Shown here: one piece after another, positions 37,212 through 47,166 of the stretch | Layout of the letters: each line of letters starts with the position of its first letter | Position numbering within the stretch: position 1 is the stretch's first letter | From: a virus | Taxonomy: Duplodnaviria > Caudoviricetes | IMG/VR virus record: IMGVR_UViG_3300028610_000483 | Coordinates: 1-61,007 of that record | DNA: 61,007 nucleotides | Reading direction: 5' to 3' (one strand) | The notes under the pieces: generated by a model | Told to the model about the DNA's origin: nothing | Database searches by the model: none | Seen by the model: the letters and a program-made list of their open reading frames with translations, nothing else | Program-made: the position numbers and the translations under genes

Positions 37212-37448
37212 TGAATAAACATTTTCAAGTAACTCAACATACGTTATTGCGTATTTGTGAAGTTGAGGCTGATAGTAAAGCAGATGCAACACAACGGTTT
37301 TACGATGGAAAAGGTAGAATAACTAAAGAAGAAAAATCTGAGATAACCGAAATTTTCAGTGAAGAAGAGTTTGAACAATTTTCAGAGATAAAAGATGTAG
37401 AGGTTGTTGAACTTGATCCACGTGTAGTGACTGAAGAAGGATAAGTAA

Positions 37449-37847
37449 ATGCCAAAGGAGCCTAAAAAGATTGGTGGTTGGAACAAGAAGTGTCTAGCAC
37501 TGTGGGCCAAGATTGTAAAGCTTCGAGATGGTGGTAAATGTCTACACTGTGGTAGCATTAAGTTTTTAAATTCTCATCATCTAGTAGCCAAAGAAAACTA
37601 CAGGACAAGATATGAATTGGATAATGGCGTTACCCTATGTGTCAAGTGTCACAAGTATGATCGTAGAAAATCCGCCCACGGAAACCCTGTGTGGTTTGCT
37701 TTTTGGGCTATTGAAGTGGTTGGTGAAGACAGGCTTAAGCGAGTTAATAAGATAGCACAACGTAAACCTAAGTCTCCTACGATTCCGTGGTATCGAAAAC
37801 AACTTACAAGGTTGGAGAAAGAATACGAGAGGTTTAATCATGAGTAA
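37449..37847 (+). CDS. HNH endonuclease (NinG/Rap-like)
   Basis: RDGGKCLHCG, SHH, NGVTLCVKCH. Confidence 0.88.
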   Translation: MPKEPKKIGGWNKKCLALWAKIVKLRDGGKCLHCGSIKFLNSHHLVAKENYRTRYELDNGVTLCVKCHKYDRRKSAHGNPVWFAFWAIEVVGEDRLKRVNKIAQRKPKSPTIPWYRKQLTRLEKEYERFNHE

Positions 37848-38429
37848 TGAAACTGATCGACTGAGAGAACAAGAACGAGCTGTTCATGCTCATAAAACAG
37901 AATGTGTTGGTGGCCCTTGTGAAGTGTGTTACATTGTCTATTGGATGAATCAATATCGTGAAGACTTACGTATTACCGAAGAATTAAATTCTCAACAGCT
38001 TAACAAAATTACTAATTTCGATAATTTTACCACTAAACTGCATGAGCAACTTGATGAAACAAAAGAACAGTTGAAATCACTAGTGACTGCTGTTCGTAAG
38101 GCAACTCCACCAGTTATGTCTATGACATGTCAGAGTGATGAACAACGAGTTGCAATCTTAAGCGAACGCTACAGACAGGTTAAACAAAATCTTGATGGTG
38201 CTTTTGTAAGAATTACTTCTTTAGAAGAAGCTGTTGAAACTACACGGCTTCTTATACAATCACTTATTGAATGGCCTGAAGAGGGTTATGATCGTCGGAC
38301 AGAAGATGGTTATCCTCAAGAGATGGGGTATGATGAGTTTGCATACAAACGAATGGTTGATACATATCGTGAATCGTTAAAAGCAATCTTAACTGTTTTT
38401 AAATAAGAAAATGTTTTGGGGAAGTTCTG

Positions 38430-40493
38430 ATGAATGTAGAACTCTACGATAAAATTTTACAAGCCGGTGTGTATGCATTGGATTTAGAAACTACGTCTAT
38501 TGATCCCAATCTGGCAAAGATCGTAACATACAATTACTGTGTTGAGGGTGAAACATACACATTCTTTCCTGATGAGGTAGACGAAAAGTTACTAGAGTTG
38601 ACTCTAGGTTGTCCTCAATATACTGTGATTATGCATAATTACCTGTATGATGCTTACGTGCTAGAACGTCATGGTTGTGCTGTGTTGAATCAGCCGTGGG
38701 ATACTATGGGTGCAGCCTGGATTATGAATGAAAATCTTCTTGAAGAGAAATGGTCAGGCAATGACAAGATCAATCTGAAAGACCTTGTGAAACGTGAGTT
38801 TGGACATCAGATGGTAAAGTTTAAAGACCTTGAAACGACACGTAAGTTGAAAAAGATTAATCAGGCGGTCACAAAGTATAACAATAAATTCGATGCAGCT
38901 CTGCAACCTTTAACTATGCTTGAGTTACTTGATACAGAAACAGCATTACGTATCCTTGAAGTGAACAAGGTTGTTCGACAACTCAAACCGAAGCGGTGTC
39001 CGATATGTGGTGGTCGAAAGAAAGCCACAAAGAATAAACCGATATTCATTGGCAACTGTAAGGAGTGTGAACACACAGGTAAAGTTGAAGTGCCTCCGAT
39101 ACCGCTTGTCACAGAGAGTGACTTAGAGGAATTGTATCAACTTGTTTACCATGAATTAGTAGATTATGGTTCTGATGATGCATTGTGGACATACCGATTG
39201 TATGAACGCTATAAACCGATGATCGAGTTAGAGCATACTAAAATCTTTGCTTTTTACATGAGGCTTTTACGTCCAACATTGCTCATGCTGATGAACGGTC
39301 TTCATGTGGATCGAGATAAGTTAGAAGAAGCATATTGGGAAGTCAGCGAAGAGTTGAAGAATGCATTAGCACTGATCAAAGACGAACTCGACAAAGAAGG
39401 TATTGACGATTCAAGTGTTGGAGCCGGACGCGAATACCATATCAATTTGAATTCTTCTTCTCATATGGCTGAAGTATTATTTGACATGATGAACTATGCA
39501 CCTGTCGAACAGAAGGGGAAGAAGAATAAAACTGCTAAACGGTCAACAGATAAGACCGTATTAGAAACACTAGCAGCCAAAGGCTGCAATCTTGCCGAGC
39601 ATCTTTTAGAGTTTCGTGCGTTAAACAAACTGATGTCTACGTATATCCTTCCTATTATGAGTCGCACAGAGACAACACCATACCTCTTTACCAGTATGTC
39701 TCCGTGGGGAACACGAACAGGTCGTTACAATAGTAGGAATCCTAACTTACAGAACGTGCCTGCTGCAAAAGGTAAAGGTATTATTCGTTCATTCATTACG
39801 CCGCCAGAGGGTCATGATTTGTTAATTGTTGATGCTTCACAAGTCGAGCTTCGATTACTAGCACATTTTAGCGGGGATGAGGTTTTGATGGATGCCTATA
39901 CTACAGGTAAAGACGTTCATGCTATCTCTGCAAGTAATATCTATGGAAAAACCATTACGAAAGCGTCTGATCCAGATCGTCGTCAGCATGGTAAGACCTT
40001 GAACTTTGCTGTAATCTATGGAGCAGGCGCACCTAGAGTCGCGGCACAGATTGGCGAAGGGTTGACTGAAGAACAGGCACAAGATTTTATCGACAAGCAT
40101 TTCAAAAAGTATATAGGTGTCAAAAAATATATTGATCGAGTGAAGCGTGAAGTCGTGCAGCATGGTTATGTAGAAACACTCTTCGCACGTAAGCGTAGGT
40201 TGCCTGATGCACACTGGCACAACTACAAGTCTCATCGTCAGGCTGTTGATGCAATCATGCAGGGCAGCGCAGCCGATATTATCAATAAAGGTTTGGTTGA
40301 GATCACCGAACGATACCAGAACGACAAAGTAAAAATCATTCTACAAATCCACGATGAGTATTTGATTCTGACACCAAAGGGCGAAGGTGAACGCTACGGT
40401 AAAGAGATCGAGAAGATGTTAGTAGACATGGTTAAAATTAACGTGCCTGTTGAGTGGAGTGTTGAGGTTGCTGAGTCTTGGGAGGAAAAATGA
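38430..40493 (+). CDS. polA: Family A DNA polymerase with 3'-5' exonuclease and a Zn-finger insertion
   Basis: DLET, HNYLYD, YGSDD; TRTGRYNSRNPNLQN, DASQVELR, KTLNFAVIYG, QGSAAD, QIHDE. Confidence 0.97.
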   Translation: MNVELYDKILQAGVYALDLETTSIDPNLAKIVTYNYCVEGETYTFFPDEVDEKLLELTLGCPQYTVIMHNYLYDAYVLERHGCAVLNQPWDTMGAAWIMNENLLEEKWSGNDKINLKDLVKREFGHQMVKFKDLETTRKLKKINQAVTKYNNKFDAALQPLTMLELLDTETALRILEVNKVVRQLKPKRCPICGGRKKATKNKPIFIGNCKECEHTGKVEVPPIPLVTESDLEELYQLVYHELVDYGSDDALWTYRLYERYKPMIELEHTKIFAFYMRLLRPTLLMLMNGLHVDRDKLEEAYWEVSEELKNALALIKDELDKEGIDDSSVGAGREYHINLNSSSHMAEVLFDMMNYAPVEQKGKKNKTAKRSTDKTVLETLAAKGCNLAEHLLEFRALNKLMSTYILPIMSRTETTPYLFTSMSPWGTRTGRYNSRNPNLQNVPAAKGKGIIRSFITPPEGHDLLIVDASQVELRLLAHFSGDEVLMDAYTTGKDVHAISASNIYGKTITKASDPDRRQHGKTLNFAVIYGAGAPRVAAQIGEGLTEEQAQDFIDKHFKKYIGVKKYIDRVKREVVQHGYVETLFARKRRLPDAHWHNYKSHRQAVDAIMQGSAADIINKGLVEITERYQNDKVKIILQIHDEYLILTPKGEGERYGKEIEKMLVDMVKINVPVEWSVEVAESWEEK

Positions 40494-40948
40494 GTAACCT
40501 AATTAAGTTTAATTCATGGTGTATCGGGCGTATTACTACTGGTAGTAAAACACAAACTCGTCGTCCACTTAAACCGGAACCTGAAATTGAATTAACATGT
40601 GCGTGGAAATATGATAAGACAGAAGAAATATGGTTGCTAGGTGATGAACAAACTGCAACAGTATACATGACTGTTAAATGTCCATACGGTAATATTGGAG
40701 ACACTTTAACAATTAAAGACACGGATATACGTCTTAAAATTACGAATATTCGATTGGAGAGACTACAAACAATCACAGAAGAAGATACACGCGCCGAAGG
40801 TTGTGATGAACTTCAAGAGGGTGTTAAATTTTGGGGTAATGGAGTGCATTTTCCTAGTCTGTGGGATGAATTCTATTTTGATATAGGTTTTGGTTGGTTT
40901 ACAAATCCGTGGGTATGGGTAATTGAATTTGTAAGAGAGGAAAAATAA
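40490..40948 (+). CDS. ASCH-domain protein 1
   Basis: GSKTQTRR, CPYG, ERLQTITEED..AEG, NPWVWVIEF. Confidence 0.85.
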   Translation: MSNLIKFNSWCIGRITTGSKTQTRRPLKPEPEIELTCAWKYDKTEEIWLLGDEQTATVYMTVKCPYGNIGDTLTIKDTDIRLKITNIRLERLQTITEEDTRAEGCDELQEGVKFWGNGVHFPSLWDEFYFDIGFGWFTNPWVWVIEFVREEK

Positions 40949-41179
40949 TGATTAGGTCTATCAGTGATCCAGATTCCCACAGATGGGAAGTCATTAATAT
41001 GGAAACCGGAAACCCAATTCGTAACGTTCAATGGGCCGACGATGATACAGGTGAATACGAAGTGCTTGTTTTAAATGAAGCAGGTAATGTTCATTCTGTA
41101 AGATGTAAACATTGCGGTAACTTTACAATCGTAACGAAAGCTATGTATGGAATCATCAAATTCGAACCTAGAGAGCTAA

Positions 41180-41587
41180 ATGAACAATCAACCTAAATTC
41201 AAAGCATGGGATACTAAAACTAAAAGGTGGATTCGTCACGTTGCACTAGATAAATTTGGTTATGTATCTGCCTATCTTGATGAGTCAACTGAACATATTA
41301 GCGAACAGCTAAGTCCTAATAGTCGAATTCGGATTGTATTTGCCATAGGCCATGAAGATAAAAATAGTGTGGAGATTTATGAAGGGTCTGTTGTAGATTA
41401 TCCTCCTGCCGTAGAGCAAGGTTTTGAAGGTTTACGAAAAAATGTTGTTGAATGGTCTGACTTTTATACAGGATTTCGTCTTAGCCGCTATTCAGCAGCC
41501 GCCTATTTCTACCATGAGTGTGAAGTGCTTGGACATATATTTGAACGAGAAGATTTACAGAAGGAGTTGCAGTATGAATTGTCCTAA
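41180..41587 (+). CDS. YopX family protein
   Basis: KFKAWD, DKNSVEIYEG, EVLGHIFE. Confidence 0.85.
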   Translation: MNNQPKFKAWDTKTKRWIRHVALDKFGYVSAYLDESTEHISEQLSPNSRIRIVFAIGHEDKNSVEIYEGSVVDYPPAVEQGFEGLRKNVVEWSDFYTGFRLSRYSAAAYFYHECEVLGHIFEREDLQKELQYELS

Positions 41588-41790
41588 ATGTTCAGGAGGT
41601 TTAGTAGAAGCTTATGAAGCTCCGAACTACAATTTTTCACCTGTCACACGTGTAGGTGCTGAAATACCTTATTCAATTGTCATGACATGGAAAACTGTTT
41701 ACCATTGCAATACTTGTAGTATATCTGTTCACGAAAAGCATAAACAGATTTATGTTGCAGATGTTATTGACGAACTAAGGAGGCAACCAG

Positions 41791-42819
41791 ATGGCGAGAA
41801 CATGGACACCGAATGAAGAACAGTGGTTAGTCGAGAACGCCACAGTCTATACACCACTTCGGCTCGTCACTCGTTTCAACGAGCACTTCCCTGATCCTTC
41901 TTCTCGAACGTGGGATTCAATCAGGAAAAAGATTAAACGACTTGCTGCATCAGCCGACGAAGCAGTAGCCGCATTTGGTGCAGTCATTGATAAAGATGAA
42001 TGGGTGGCATGGTCAAAAGCTCGATACCCATATAGTGCGAAGAAAGCCAATCGAGTGTCAAAACGTAATGCGAAGTTTGAGACACATCTTATTTGGCCTG
42101 ATACTCATGTGCCACATGAAAATAAAGCCGCAGTCAATGCTGTGTTACGTTTGATGGATGATGTCGTGTTTGATGGAGTCACTATTATCGGTGATTTTAT
42201 TGACATGGATAGTTTGAGTCATTGGAATGAAAACAAACGATTAACTGTTGAAGGAAAACGATTGAAGCAAGATTATGTTCATGCGAATGCCTTGTTAGAT
42301 GAGATTTGTAAGCGGTTGCCAAAAGATGCTGATATGCGTTGGCTCGATGGTAATCATGAAGATTGGTATTTCCAGTATATTGAAAAGCATCCCGAACTAG
42401 AAGGTTTGCTATGTCACCATGATGAATTGCGATTGAAAGAACGAGGTTTCAACGAGATTCGTCGTTACACAAAAGATCAGTTTACTCATCTTGGGAAGCT
42501 GACGATCTGCCACGGCATGTATACAGGTATTTATCATGCCAAAGCTCATGCAGATAAGTTACGTGTGAACGTGATGTATGGACATCTTCATGATCTACAA
42601 ACATATTCGTCGTCTTCACCGGCTCGTAAACTGGCATTTATGAGTTATTGTATTGGTTGTTTAGCTGACACAGCACCAACATACATGAAAGGTAAACCGA
42701 ATAATTGGAGTCATGGATTTGGAATTGTTCATCTCTTTCCTAACGGAGATTTTGATGCACAGGTGATTCGTATTGTCAAGGGTCGATTTGTTTACAATGG
42801 GAAGGTCTATCAAGGATAA
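41791..42819 (+). CDS. Calcineurin-like metallophosphoesterase with an N-terminal Myb/HTH-like domain
   Basis: PDTH, GDFID, GNHE, CHG, GHLH; N-terminal WTPNEEQWL...RTWDSIRKK. Confidence 0.9.
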   Translation: MARTWTPNEEQWLVENATVYTPLRLVTRFNEHFPDPSSRTWDSIRKKIKRLAASADEAVAAFGAVIDKDEWVAWSKARYPYSAKKANRVSKRNAKFETHLIWPDTHVPHENKAAVNAVLRLMDDVVFDGVTIIGDFIDMDSLSHWNENKRLTVEGKRLKQDYVHANALLDEICKRLPKDADMRWLDGNHEDWYFQYIEKHPELEGLLCHHDELRLKERGFNEIRRYTKDQFTHLGKLTICHGMYTGIYHAKAHADKLRVNVMYGHLHDLQTYSSSSPARKLAFMSYCIGCLADTAPTYMKGKPNNWSHGFGIVHLFPNGDFDAQVIRIVKGRFVYNGKVYQG

Positions 42820-42823
42820 TACT

Positions 42824-42976
42824 ATGTTAAATTACATGATTCGCCTACCAGATGATATTTGTGCGAAGTTAAGTCTTGTGGCTAATAAAAATGCTACAGA
42901 TATTGAAGATATTATAGATAAAATTGTTAATATACTTGTGAAGGTTTACCGACTAGCTAGTTGGTTCACTAAATAA
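42824..42976 (+). CDS. Ribbon-helix-helix small regulator
   Basis: YMIRLPDDICAKLSLVA...IEDII, an Arc/CopG pattern. Confidence 0.55.
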   Translation: MLNYMIRLPDDICAKLSLVANKNATDIEDIIDKIVNILVKVYRLASWFTK

Positions 42977-43135
42977 AATGGAAAACTTACCAACCATATC
43001 TCATCTGTGTAAGTGTGGACACCACGACATAATACATGCTCTTATAAAACTTGATGGTGTTGAGACGATTGTTGCTGGATGTCTTTCCGGCAGTTGTGAA
43101 TGTATCGGCTATCATGATATATCAGGAGACGACTC

Positions 43136-43894
43136 ATGAATATGATGCGCTATCCAAAAGTTGAAGGTGTATTCAGACGTAACGAGGAACATCAAATTAT
43201 TCCTGAATACAAATGTCCTGAATTTGATTTGATCAAGAAGTTTCTTATGTTTGAAAAAGTGGATGGGTCGAATGCACAGATTAAAATATCGTATCCAGCT
43301 AGTCTTCATGATACCGGAGACGAGTTAGTGGCAGAACGGAAGGTAGTTTTGGAAATCTTTAGTCGAAATCGTAAACTCGGTATTGAAGATACCAGTGGAC
43401 GCAAGATCGTTAATGCACTGAATCCTGTGTTAAACGGTGTTGATCTTAAACAGTGGTATATTGATTCTTTCGTGACTCCAAATGTTGATAACTCTGAGTT
43501 TGTCTATCCTGATGTGCGGTTCTTTGGAGAAGCTTACGGCCCAGGAATTCAGAAACGTGGAAAGATATATCGAAAGGAAGGCGTAAGTTTTATCTTGTTC
43601 GATGTGCATATAGGAAACACATGGTTGAATTGGGAAAACGTCAAAGAGATTGGTAAGAAGCTGAATATTCCGACAGTGCCAGAAATCATGCCTATCATGA
43701 TAATCGGCACACCAGAGCTTGTATTTAATTCCTTTAAGGATATGCTCACAGATTATTCAACGCTCCTTCCTGACGCACCAGGAGGGCAGCTAGAGGGCTT
43801 TATTCTCCGTCCTGAACCTATGATTCTGAATCGACATGGACAAAGACTTGTATTCAAGATCAAACGTGTTGACTATGGATTGGAGAAAGAATAA
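43136..43894 (+). CDS. ATP-dependent RNA ligase (Rnl2-like nucleotidyltransferase domain)
   Basis: EKVDGSN, FGEAYG, LFDV, EGFILRP, FKIK. Confidence 0.88.
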   Translation: MNMMRYPKVEGVFRRNEEHQIIPEYKCPEFDLIKKFLMFEKVDGSNAQIKISYPASLHDTGDELVAERKVVLEIFSRNRKLGIEDTSGRKIVNALNPVLNGVDLKQWYIDSFVTPNVDNSEFVYPDVRFFGEAYGPGIQKRGKIYRKEGVSFILFDVHIGNTWLNWENVKEIGKKLNIPTVPEIMPIMIIGTPELVFNSFKDMLTDYSTLLPDAPGGQLEGFILRPEPMILNRHGQRLVFKIKRVDYGLEKE

Positions 43895-44020
43895 TGAGTA
43901 AAGCACGAGTTGAGGCTTACACGACTGAAGGAATGTCGGTTGTGATTACTGGAAATGATGTATTCGTATCATACAGATTTCGAGAATGGTTGAGGCACAT
44001 AGAAAGATTAAGGAGAACTC

Positions 44021-44701
44021 ATGAAGTCCAAGCAAACACCGATTGACATAGCTTCTTACATCGAACATACAAACGTTGATCCTAAAGCCCGACGACAACA
44101 TATCAGACGGCTATGTGAGGAAGCAACAGAGTATGGTTTTCGTGCTGTCGTCGTAGCTCCCCAATGGGCGTTGTTTGCTAGGGAGACACTTGACCGTCTT
44201 CAGGGGCCACGAAAGCATCGAGTGTTAGTTGGTGATGTGCATAACTTCCCTGGTCTACCTGCCTGGACAGCAGATAGTCTTGCTGATTTTCATGATATCT
44301 TTGCTCCGTGTCCTAACATTCACAAGAACGTTGCATTACAGAACCAATTTAAAGTCTACTTACTGCAATTAGCAGAAAAACTCAAAGGGCCAAGACGTAT
44401 CATTATTGAAACACCTATGCTTGAAAATAAGGATATCGTAAAGATGTCAAAGATTTGTCGAGCAAACGGTATCACTGTCAAAAGCAATTCAGGTCGTTGG
44501 CCGAAACGTCGTAGTAATAAAGATATCCTAAAACTGATCAAACGTGGAGCCAAGCCGTGGTATCGACGTAAGAAGAACCACACAGAGATTAAGATTTCTG
44601 GTGGTGTCAAAACATACGGTGATGTAGAAGCTATGGTTGAATTGGGTGCAGACTATATTGGAACATCAAACGGATTAGCTATTATGGGAATGGAGTTGTA
44701 A
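44021..44701 (+). CDS. deoC: Divergent deoxyribose-phosphate aldolase
   Basis: IEHTN, LCEEATEYGF, IIIET, VKSNSG (Schiff-base Lys), IKISGGVKT, GADYIGTSNG. Confidence 0.8.
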   Translation: MKSKQTPIDIASYIEHTNVDPKARRQHIRRLCEEATEYGFRAVVVAPQWALFARETLDRLQGPRKHRVLVGDVHNFPGLPAWTADSLADFHDIFAPCPNIHKNVALQNQFKVYLLQLAEKLKGPRRIIIETPMLENKDIVKMSKICRANGITVKSNSGRWPKRRSNKDILKLIKRGAKPWYRRKKNHTEIKISGGVKTYGDVEAMVELGADYIGTSNGLAIMGMEL

Positions 44702-45061
44702 TGAACGATTCAAAAGTTACTTTTTTGGAAATACTTCTTTACGGAGTAATAACTGCGTTATTTGGTTCTGTGTTATACGTGGTAATTGTGAAGTTGAAGG
44801 GTATTCCCCTGCTGATCTTGGCTAGTTTTCAACTTCTTGGTTACGTTGTGTATCGTTTCAAATTACTATTTGGATGGAAGTTCTGATGATAGTTTGCACT
44901 CGTTGTCAAAAGGGCTATCTTCAGGCTGTCAAAACTGTAGGAGTTTCAACAGAACGAACTGCTGAAGGTTTTAAGGAATCATATATGAAGTCTAAATTTG
45001 ATCAATGCACAGTTTGTTTTGCTACGTTCAACGAACACACTATTAAGGTGGAGAAGGACAA

Positions 45062-45691
45062 ATGAAAGAACGTTACATTCGGTTCAACGATATGATGATA
45101 CGAGCGATTTTACGGGATGAAAAGACACAGACACGTAGGCCGGTGAAACCACAGCCAGAATACGGGGAAAATCACGCCGTGTCAGGATTGTTTGGCACGT
45201 TCTTTCACGGATGGAACATTGACCACCCTGCTGTAACGGTGAAGGACATCGTAAAGCATTGCCCCTTCGGTCAAGTCGGAGATCGGTTGTGGGTGCAGGA
45301 GGCGTGGAAACCTACATGTCGATGGGGTAAACCAGATAGTATAAGCTATATTAGATATCGGGCTGATAGTTCTCGTTGTATCGTTCAGCATACGCTTGGC
45401 GGTGTTCAAACAGACAACTGGCGTCCCTCCATCCAGATGCCGGAGTGGGCCTCACGTATTACCTTAGAGATTACTGATGTGCGGTTGGAGAAGTTGCAAT
45501 GCATGGGCGATAGAGAAGCACGACTTGAGGGGGTGAAACCGTTTGGTGGTATGTGTGCAACGGGCAGCACACACCTGTATACGTTTAGAGAACTATGGAA
45601 TTCACTCTACGCCGCCAAAGGTTTTGGGTTTGATACGAATTGTTGGGTGTGGGTAATTAGATTTCGACGAGTAGGGGAGATAATCAAATGA
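45062..45691 (+). CDS. ASCH-domain protein 2
   Basis: EKTQTRR, CPFGQVGDRLWVQE, WRPSIQMPEWASRITLEIT, WVWVIRF. Confidence 0.88.
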   Translation: MKERYIRFNDMMIRAILRDEKTQTRRPVKPQPEYGENHAVSGLFGTFFHGWNIDHPAVTVKDIVKHCPFGQVGDRLWVQEAWKPTCRWGKPDSISYIRYRADSSRCIVQHTLGGVQTDNWRPSIQMPEWASRITLEITDVRLEKLQCMGDREARLEGVKPFGGMCATGSTHLYTFRELWNSLYAAKGFGFDTNCWVWVIRFRRVGEIIK

Positions 45692-46302
45692 GCAATCCTA
45701 AAGTTCGAACATGTATAGATGATTTTTTCGATTATGATTTACACTTTCCTACAAAGACGTTGTTCATAGGTTCTGAGACAGATGATGAATTTGAGGAATC
45801 AGGAATTACGGCAGACACAGCAACCTATGCACTAAAAGGTTTGTGGTTGCTAGATCGTGTTCGTCCTGATGAACCACTCAAAATCATTCTGAATTCTCCT
45901 GGTGGAGATGCCTATCAAGGATTTGCAATCTATGACGCAATCAAAAACTGTAGTAGCTATGTAGAAATTTATGTATTTGGGCAAGCATGTTCAGCAGCCA
46001 GTTATATTTTGCAAGCAGGAGATTGTCGTATACTCTCTCCGTTGTCTCGAATCATGATTCACAAAGGCACGTTTGCAATGGACAATCATACAGACATTGT
46101 TCGAGCATGGATGGAAGATGAAGCATTGTTAGTCGATCAGATGGTAGAGATATACTATCGACGTATTCGAGAGAAGTATCCTAGAAGTAAGTTGTATACG
46201 AAAGAGAACATTAAACAACTATTAACTATTGACAAAATCTATTCGGCCCAAGAAGCTGTAACATTAGGACTTGCTGATAAGATTTTGGGGGAGGATGAAT
46301 AA
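45688..46302 (+). CDS. clpP: ClpP-like protease subunit
   Basis: LNSPGG, AIYD, GQACSAAS (Ser), IMIH (His), DKIYSAQEAVTLGLAD. Confidence 0.9.
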   Translation: MSNPKVRTCIDDFFDYDLHFPTKTLFIGSETDDEFEESGITADTATYALKGLWLLDRVRPDEPLKIILNSPGGDAYQGFAIYDAIKNCSSYVEIYVFGQACSAASYILQAGDCRILSPLSRIMIHKGTFAMDNHTDIVRAWMEDEALLVDQMVEIYYRRIREKYPRSKLYTKENIKQLLTIDKIYSAQEAVTLGLADKILGEDE

Positions 46303-46955
46303 TGGGATTCTGGATGAAATATATCTTTGCGTTACTTGGTTCATGGTTTCGATATCATTTGAATCTTCGACCTTACACATACCTCGCTGGATTTATGGCA
46401 GTAAATTTAGGTAAATGTGAGGGCTGGCGTGATCATATCACACCAAAACTTGTCGAGCTTGGAATTAAGGTGCAAGACCCTACCAAAGATGAGAAGAAGA
46501 AAACAGGTATGGAAATGCACGCAGCCAATGACTATCTGTATCGACTGAAACGGAGTGGTCAACGAACGAAGCTAGTCAATCTCATGAAACGTATTCGTCA
46601 TGCTGATTTACTTGCTGTGGCTCGTTCAGCATTCATCGTCATTGAATGGGATAACGCATTTCCGACAGTCGGCACGATTAGTGAATTGGAACATGCAATT
46701 ACGTTCCACAAACCGATCTACTTGATTACACGCAATTCGTTGTCAAGTATAAATCCGTGGCTACTGTCAATGGCGTTTCAGAGGGGTGATGTATTTAGAA
46801 GTCGAGCAGAGTGCGTCGAATTTATTCGGGGGAAACATGAAGCCAGATTACACTCTACTGAAGACGTAGTAGTGATCGAGAAAGCCGAGGCAGACGATGA
46901 AAACACTAGTGGGGAACGGGTTGATAATCCTGTCGGGGATTCTGTGGGGGCTTGA
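46302..46955 (+). CDS. Nucleoside 2-deoxyribosyltransferase / dNMP N-glycosidase family protein
   Basis: TYLAG, WR..I, QDP, DL..V..S, GTISELEHA...KPIYLI. Confidence 0.8.
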   Translation: MGFWMKYIFALLGSWFRYHLNLRPYTYLAGFMAVNLGKCEGWRDHITPKLVELGIKVQDPTKDEKKKTGMEMHAANDYLYRLKRSGQRTKLVNLMKRIRHADLLAVARSAFIVIEWDNAFPTVGTISELEHAITFHKPIYLITRNSLSSINPWLLSMAFQRGDVFRSRAECVEFIRGKHEARLHSTEDVVVIEKAEADDENTSGERVDNPVGDSVGA

Positions 46956-47166
46956 GGCCATTCCACAGATCGTGAAGAGTTACCGCACGAAATCTACAGG
47001 TGATCTAAGTGCGTGGTATTTTGCAGTATGTATACTAGCGTATGCTTGTTATTTATCAGGTATGTTCTTACATAGTGATTGGTTTCTTGGATTGGTTCAT
47101 ACACCGTCGTTGATTTTGAACAGCGTGATCTTAGGGATGATATTTCACTATGGAAAACGAAACTAA
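46897..47166 (+). CDS. SemiSWEET / PQ-loop 3-TM transporter
   Basis: IPQIVKSYRTKSTGDLS signature; three hydrophobic helices; 89 aa. Confidence 0.88.
   Translation: MKTLVGNGLIILSGILWGLEAIPQIVKSYRTKSTGDLSAWYFAVCILAYACYLSGMFLHSDWFLGLVHTPSLILNSVILGMIFHYGKRN

Noticed and set aside
38830-39160. Intein in the DNA polymerase
   Set aside because: No C/S start with HN-C/S/T end and no LAGLIDADG motifs; treated as a Zn-finger insertion.
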